A stretch of DNA of 64,000 nt, taken from assembly GCA_013239625.1 (NCBI GenBank), contig MU056270.1, forward strand, positions 186,001 through 250,000, given 5' to 3'. The notes beneath the pieces were generated by a model. That model did no database searches. It worked only from the letters and a program-made list of their open reading frames with translations, and had not been told where the DNA came from. This DNA is from Lama guanicoe (Eukaryota). A program made the position numbers and the translations under genes. Below are positions 59,131 through 64,000 of this stretch, piece by piece (position 1 is the first letter of the stretch; the number at the start of each line of letters is the position of its first letter).

Positions 59131-59948
59131 TGGTGGGAACGAACCACAGAGCGAGGTGCCCACGGACCGCGGGTGGGGCCCCCAGCCTCCGCTACTCGGG
59201 ACTCGGGGCAGAACAGCGTGGTTGGGAAGGCAGAGGGGGCTCCCGGCCCGCCCTCACGTGGTGGGAAAAGGGGCAGAAGTCTCTTCGCTGTGGCGCCGAC
59301 AGTCGGGATCAGCACCGTCGGTACCGGAAGCTGGACGCGAATGAGCGCGAACATCGCACCCAGTGTCCCAGACGCTCGGCTTGTGCGCGACCTGGCACGT
59401 TAGCAACACAGCCCTGCTTCCCAGGTAATGCTGCCAACGGAGTAAACAATTTTCTATGGGCAAGCAGTTAGCTGTTTCAGTTCACCTACTGATGTTTCAG
59501 TGATAGGAAATCCTGACTTTCATTCAAAACAGCTAAAAATTATCATCAAATTTCCACTACAAGACTTTGCACAGAAACCACAGGGCTTCCTCTCGCGCTG
59601 ACACTTACAGTGCCTGGACTGCCCTCCGAGGCTGCTGTGAAGACTGACTCAGTTCTTATTTTCTCCGTTTTAGCACGAGGATGTGACCCTCTGCTACACC
59701 ATTCATGCGACTACGACTTACCTGGTGAATGAGCAACAATTACATGAAACCCGTTTTGCCTTCACACTGAGCTGCAGAGCAGCAGCTCAGGAGTCTGCGG
59801 CTTGCTGCAGGCCACGCTTTTTAACAAAATCCTTGGTCACATGTAAGCCCTGCCGCATCACAAGGTCATGTGTTCGCCCTGCTCAGCCATCTCCACCAAC
59901 AGCGTTACCTCCAAGGAGCGTTTAGAGCAAGAGCAGTCAGCCCCTCAC

Positions 59949-60010
59949 CGGCTTTCAGGTGTCAGGTGAGCAGCCACAGTGTCCCTCAGAGCGCAGATTT
60001 CAAGCCTCGC
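59949..60010 (-). CDS. EXOC2: EXOC2 third-last coding exon
   Basis: ctgcag|GCGAGG...AGCCG|gtgagg; ARLEICALRDTVAAHLTPES(R), 62 nt. Confidence 0.95.
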
Positions 60011-61059
60011 CTGCAGGTGAGAGAAGGGCAGGTGACCACGGGAGCCGTGCAGATCATCAAACAGAAGGGAAGGAGCGGGAACTGTCACTTGCGGGGAGGG
60101 TGCTGGACCCTCTGCCACAGCGATCGCTGATTATGAGAAGACCCCCTAAACAGCCCAGAGCACTCAGCCAGGACAACTTTCCTTTCACTGGAAACGGCCC
60201 TCCAGGCACACGGGACCATGTGAGGCAGGGGCCAGGGGTCCTGCGCTGAAGGCCCAGGCTGAGCACGGCTGCCCAGCAGCCCGCCGCAAAGGCACCTGCA
60301 AACACCGCGGCGGCTCGCAGAGGAAGCGGAGTCTAAGGTCGTGACTCGGGGAAGGGGTTCCTCACACCCAAGCCCCCCCAGGCACCCCGACGACAACCCC
60401 AGGTCCCGGGCTCTGCGGACGCACTGTGATGCCTGTTAGACCACAGCTGGCTTTCCCCTTTTATCTTTTCTTTTTAAAAACAAAACTTGGTAAGTTAACT
60501 CCAAAGAGACAAAACAACATGGAAGAGGAATAGCACACTCAGAGAGACTCATGCCCGCTGATGCCAACACCCACTACGGAGCTGCAGTCATCAGAACCGC
60601 GGGCCCCGGCCCACGGGAGACACACAGGCTGGCAGAGCAGGGCTGACTGTGCAGAAACCAAGCCCACGGCTATCACCGGCCGACGTTCTACAAGGGCCCG
60701 GCCGCTCGGTGGGGCGCACATCCCTTTGACCCAGGGTGCTGGGCACCGGGAAGTGACTGCAGTCGGTCCCTCCCTGAAGACGAAAACCAGCTCCAAATGG
60801 ATCGCAGACCCAGATGCAGGTGAGAAAACTACAACACACTCAGAAGGAAGCAGGAGGACACGTCTGTGACGTTAGGCTCGGCCTGCCTCCTTGGAAGTGA
60901 CAACAGAGGGACAAACAGCAAAAGAAAAAGCAGGTAACCTGAACCTCCTGTGCTGCAAAGGACGCCCTCACAAAAGCAAGATGACTGCACAGGGCGAGCT
61001 ACCGCTGCACGCGCACTGGGCTGGCCACCCGTGCTGCGAGGACGCGGAGCAACGGGTCT

Positions 61060-61530
61060 GCAGAACCTGCTGCAGGAAAGTGGAGCGGCTGCTGTGAAAC
61101 GGTCTGGAGGTTCATCCAAAGGCTGAACACGGAGCAACCGCGTAACCACGCCAGCCCCGTCCCAGGTACACACCCGAGAAACGAACACCCGGAACAAGAG
61201 TCCACAGAAGCAATCTTCACTTGAGCCAAAAAGTGCAAACCTAAATGTCCATCAAAGGCTGCGTGGTACGTCTACCCAACGGAATGTCACACAGCCCCAG
61301 AAAGGAGCAACAGCTGCTACAACGTGGCTGGACGCCGCAAACACGCGCAGTGACAGATGCCAGCCACAAAAGCCCCTGTATGTGATTCCACTTTTACGAC
61401 ATGTTTAGAACAGGCAAAGCACAGACAGGTGTCCGGCTGTGGCTGGGGGGCTGGGAGGGAAGTGGACAGTGAGACCGCCGGCGGGTCCAGGGTTTCTCCA
61501 TGGGGCGATGCTGAGGTGATGGACTGCAGG
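61060..61530 (+). mobile_element. L1MB-type 3' fragment in EXOC2 intron
   Basis: CCTAAATGTCCATCAA...; TGTATGTGATTCCACTTTTACGACATGTTTAGAACAGGCAAA. Confidence 0.7.
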
Positions 61531-62107
61531 ACTCTGAGCGGGGCAGGAGGACGGTCTCTGAGCTGTGCAGTCTTTCCACCTCAGGGACACACCCCACCCC
61601 AGCACACACCGTGGCTCCCGCCAATCTGTCACACACAAACCAAGAATCATCTGGTTTACGTAAGTTATATTTGTTGTTGTAATTACACAATTTAAACAAA
61701 TGCAACGTAAACCAACGGAATATGAGCAGAAAGAGACAGGTACTGGTTGTTCCTCTGCGAACGACACCGAATGCTCTGGAAAGACCACTTACAAGTTAGG
61801 GGCTAAAAATGTCCTGTTAAACTGAGCGCAGCGAAGACAACTGCAGAACAAACAGAAAATCACAGAGCTCTGGAAGGAATCCGCAGTCAGATAGCTGATG
61901 AGCATCACAAAGTTCTCGCTCTGCTCTAACGGGACCGAAGCCCTGGGGCGGGGATACCACGGGGACGCTCGCGCAGGAGACGCGGCTCATCTGCACCCAG
62001 CAGACCCACCCGAAAACACAAAGCCCGAACGCGTCCCACGACTGGGGAAGGAAGCCCGAATCGGTGTTTCACACAACGAGCTCAAGCCGGAGCTGAGGCG
62101 GGGGCAC

Positions 62108-62230
62108 CTGTAGGGCTCCGTTCCGGCTGAAGGACGAGGCACACTGCACGAGCCGGCTCAGCTCCTCGGAGACGGCCTCCACCACCCTGCACAGCACCCG
62201 GGGCACCAGCTCCTTGGAGACCGCGAACAC
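62108..62230 (-). CDS. EXOC2: EXOC2 (Sec5) fourth-last coding exon
   Basis: ccgccag|GTGTTC...CTACAG|gtgccc; [41 protein letters not shown], 123 nt. Confidence 0.95.
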
Positions 62231-64000
62231 CTGGCGGGGGTTCAAAGAGGAAGGGACAACACGTTACTGGAACTTCCCTCGACGGAGTTTGTTAAAAACA
62301 AAGGAATCACAAGGCAACATAACTCAGCTCTTCTAAGCCGTGTTCCTGCAGGATCAGACTCCGGTGTGGAAGGAAACACAGGCTCACACTCCAGCTGTGG
62401 TCACTGACCCGTGACAAACTCCTCTCTCAAACTGCACTGGCAAACTGAGAGGTGCCACCGATGGCGACAAACTAGAACTGCTTTAAAATTTCCTCTTCTC
62501 TTGACCTTTTCACAAGAAGAAACATGATTTCTAGAGAGGAAATTACAGACCCAGAAGCGCCCTGGATTGGAGTCTCCTTAGATGAAAACAAACACTTCGC
62601 CCTGGGTGTGCCGCTCTGGGTTGGACAACAGAGCTCCCGGCTCTACTGTCTGCTGAACTGAATACGTATTTCTTTTCATCTGACATAAAAGCACCATCTT
62701 TAAGCTTTGAATTTTGATGTTTTCAAACTAAGAGTGACTGTATTTGGACATCAGGTGGAACATTTTGCTACCCTGATCTATAAGCTAAACTCAACCGTGT
62801 TTTCTTTTCAGCTTTTTTTCTTGATTGAGTCACCTGCACTGAACCTTCAGGTCGACACGAACATCACCTGAGTGTTCAAGAAAACTTCAGACAAGCTAAG
62901 ATCATATGGCAGTTAGTGAGCAGTAAACGTTAAGAATGAGATTCTACTTTCAGTCACAGGGATAAATGAAAAGGGGGCTTGAAAAATCCAGTACTTACAA
63001 ACAACGTCCCAGGTACTGACAGCGGGCTCCGTTAGCCAAAGCTGCCTCTTTAGGAGCCTCGCGCCATGGACACGCCCACAGGCCCGCATCCCTCTGACTA
63101 CACCCGTCCGCTCTACACAAGCGTTTTCAGTGGCTGAGGACTGAACGCTATACCCTAACTTTATTGGATGCTAACCTAACAAGAAAGCGTTTTTAGATGT
63201 CTCTGACAAAACCGCAGTGGAAACTATATCACGTTATAAAAAGATGTATGTTGATAAACTTCTGCCTGAGTTAAATCTACAAAAACTACTTTATGCAGGA
63301 ATTTAGATGCTTTCCACACTAAGAAATGGAACACACGTGTCCAGTTCAGAGCCAGGCTCCGGCAGGAGGCAGCGCCCACCTCCAGTGCTCACCCTCCCGC
63401 TCGGCCTCCACGGCCCATGCGCCTCCAGGACACTGGACACCTGGGACGATGAGGGTGATGCGGAGGGAGGTGTGACCCTGATGCCCTTCTGAGGTCCCTG
63501 CGCCCGCGCTCACTGCAGCAGACCCTCTGCCGAGACCCCTTGCTGGGCCCGCCTTACCCGGCGCCCTTCCATCCACAGCCCGCAGCCAACCCGAGGCCAG
63601 GACTGCGGGTGACAAGGGCGGTCAGAGTGGACAAACGTGGCGGCTGTGGTCTCTTCTCTCCTCAAAGGCCACTCATGGAGCCCGGGGTGCCGTGCTCCCC
63701 GTGAGGGCAGGTGGGGGGGGAACCACGGTCCGGGGAGCCTGCGTCTCTGAGAGGCCACGTGGCTGTGAGACTGGCACGCTGTGCCTCAGGAGGGTGGAGA
63801 GTTTCCAAGTGGGGGACACGCACCCTTTCAACCTCTCTTCTCTTTATTTTTCAAATATTACCGAGTCTGGCTTAATTACGAGAAAAAATACTCAACTTCA
63901 GAGGAGAACTCTCACAGTAAAAACACACACCTTTGGGCATGGAAGGGGTTGTTCATACCTGAGATACAGTCTGGAGGGAAGGACCAGAGGAGCCACCAGA

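Noticed and set aside
62817-62832. Possible AP-1-IRF composite element TTTC-N5-TGAGTCA
   Set aside because: Canonical AICE spacing is 4 or 0 nt; here it is 5.
1-64000. tRNA, rRNA, snoRNA or miRNA genes, or a novel multi-gene system
   Set aside because: None recognised by eye; an Rfam/Infernal and tRNAscan-SE run would be needed to exclude small RNAs.

Overview
GC-rich, intron-containing mammalian DNA with two short N-gaps (6155-6326, 24221-24330). It holds a complete IRF4 gene on the + strand: CpG-island/TATA promoter, non-coding exon 1, eight coding exons (6097-17937, 451 aa if the gap hides the expected 158 coding nt) and a ~3.4 kb 3'UTR. The last four coding exons and 3'UTR of EXOC2 (Sec5) lie convergently on the - strand, matching the IRF4-EXOC2 order at human 6p25.3. 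A camelid-type L1 3' end, and no recognisable Alu/B1/PRE-1/Bov/Can SINEs, suggest a camel or alpaca (inference). The ~34 kb between the genes is decayed L1/L2/MIR/MaLR/hAT sequence; its long ORFs are GC-rich shadows. I found no new gene system. The most interesting signals are: pervasive AT->GC erosion (candidate GC-biased gene conversion) visible in repeats, in a fossil AT microsatellite and in both proteins; the orthologue of the IRF4 intron-4 pigmentation enhancer with intact MITF boxes but an altered TFAP2 position; a 220-bp tandem duplication carrying an AATAAA and a (CCG)11 tract in the IRF4 3'UTR; a perfect 24-bp E-box palindrome; and a perfect IRF/PRDM1 element in an EXOC2 intron. Comparisons with human sequences and repeat consensi are from memory and need alignment to confirm.
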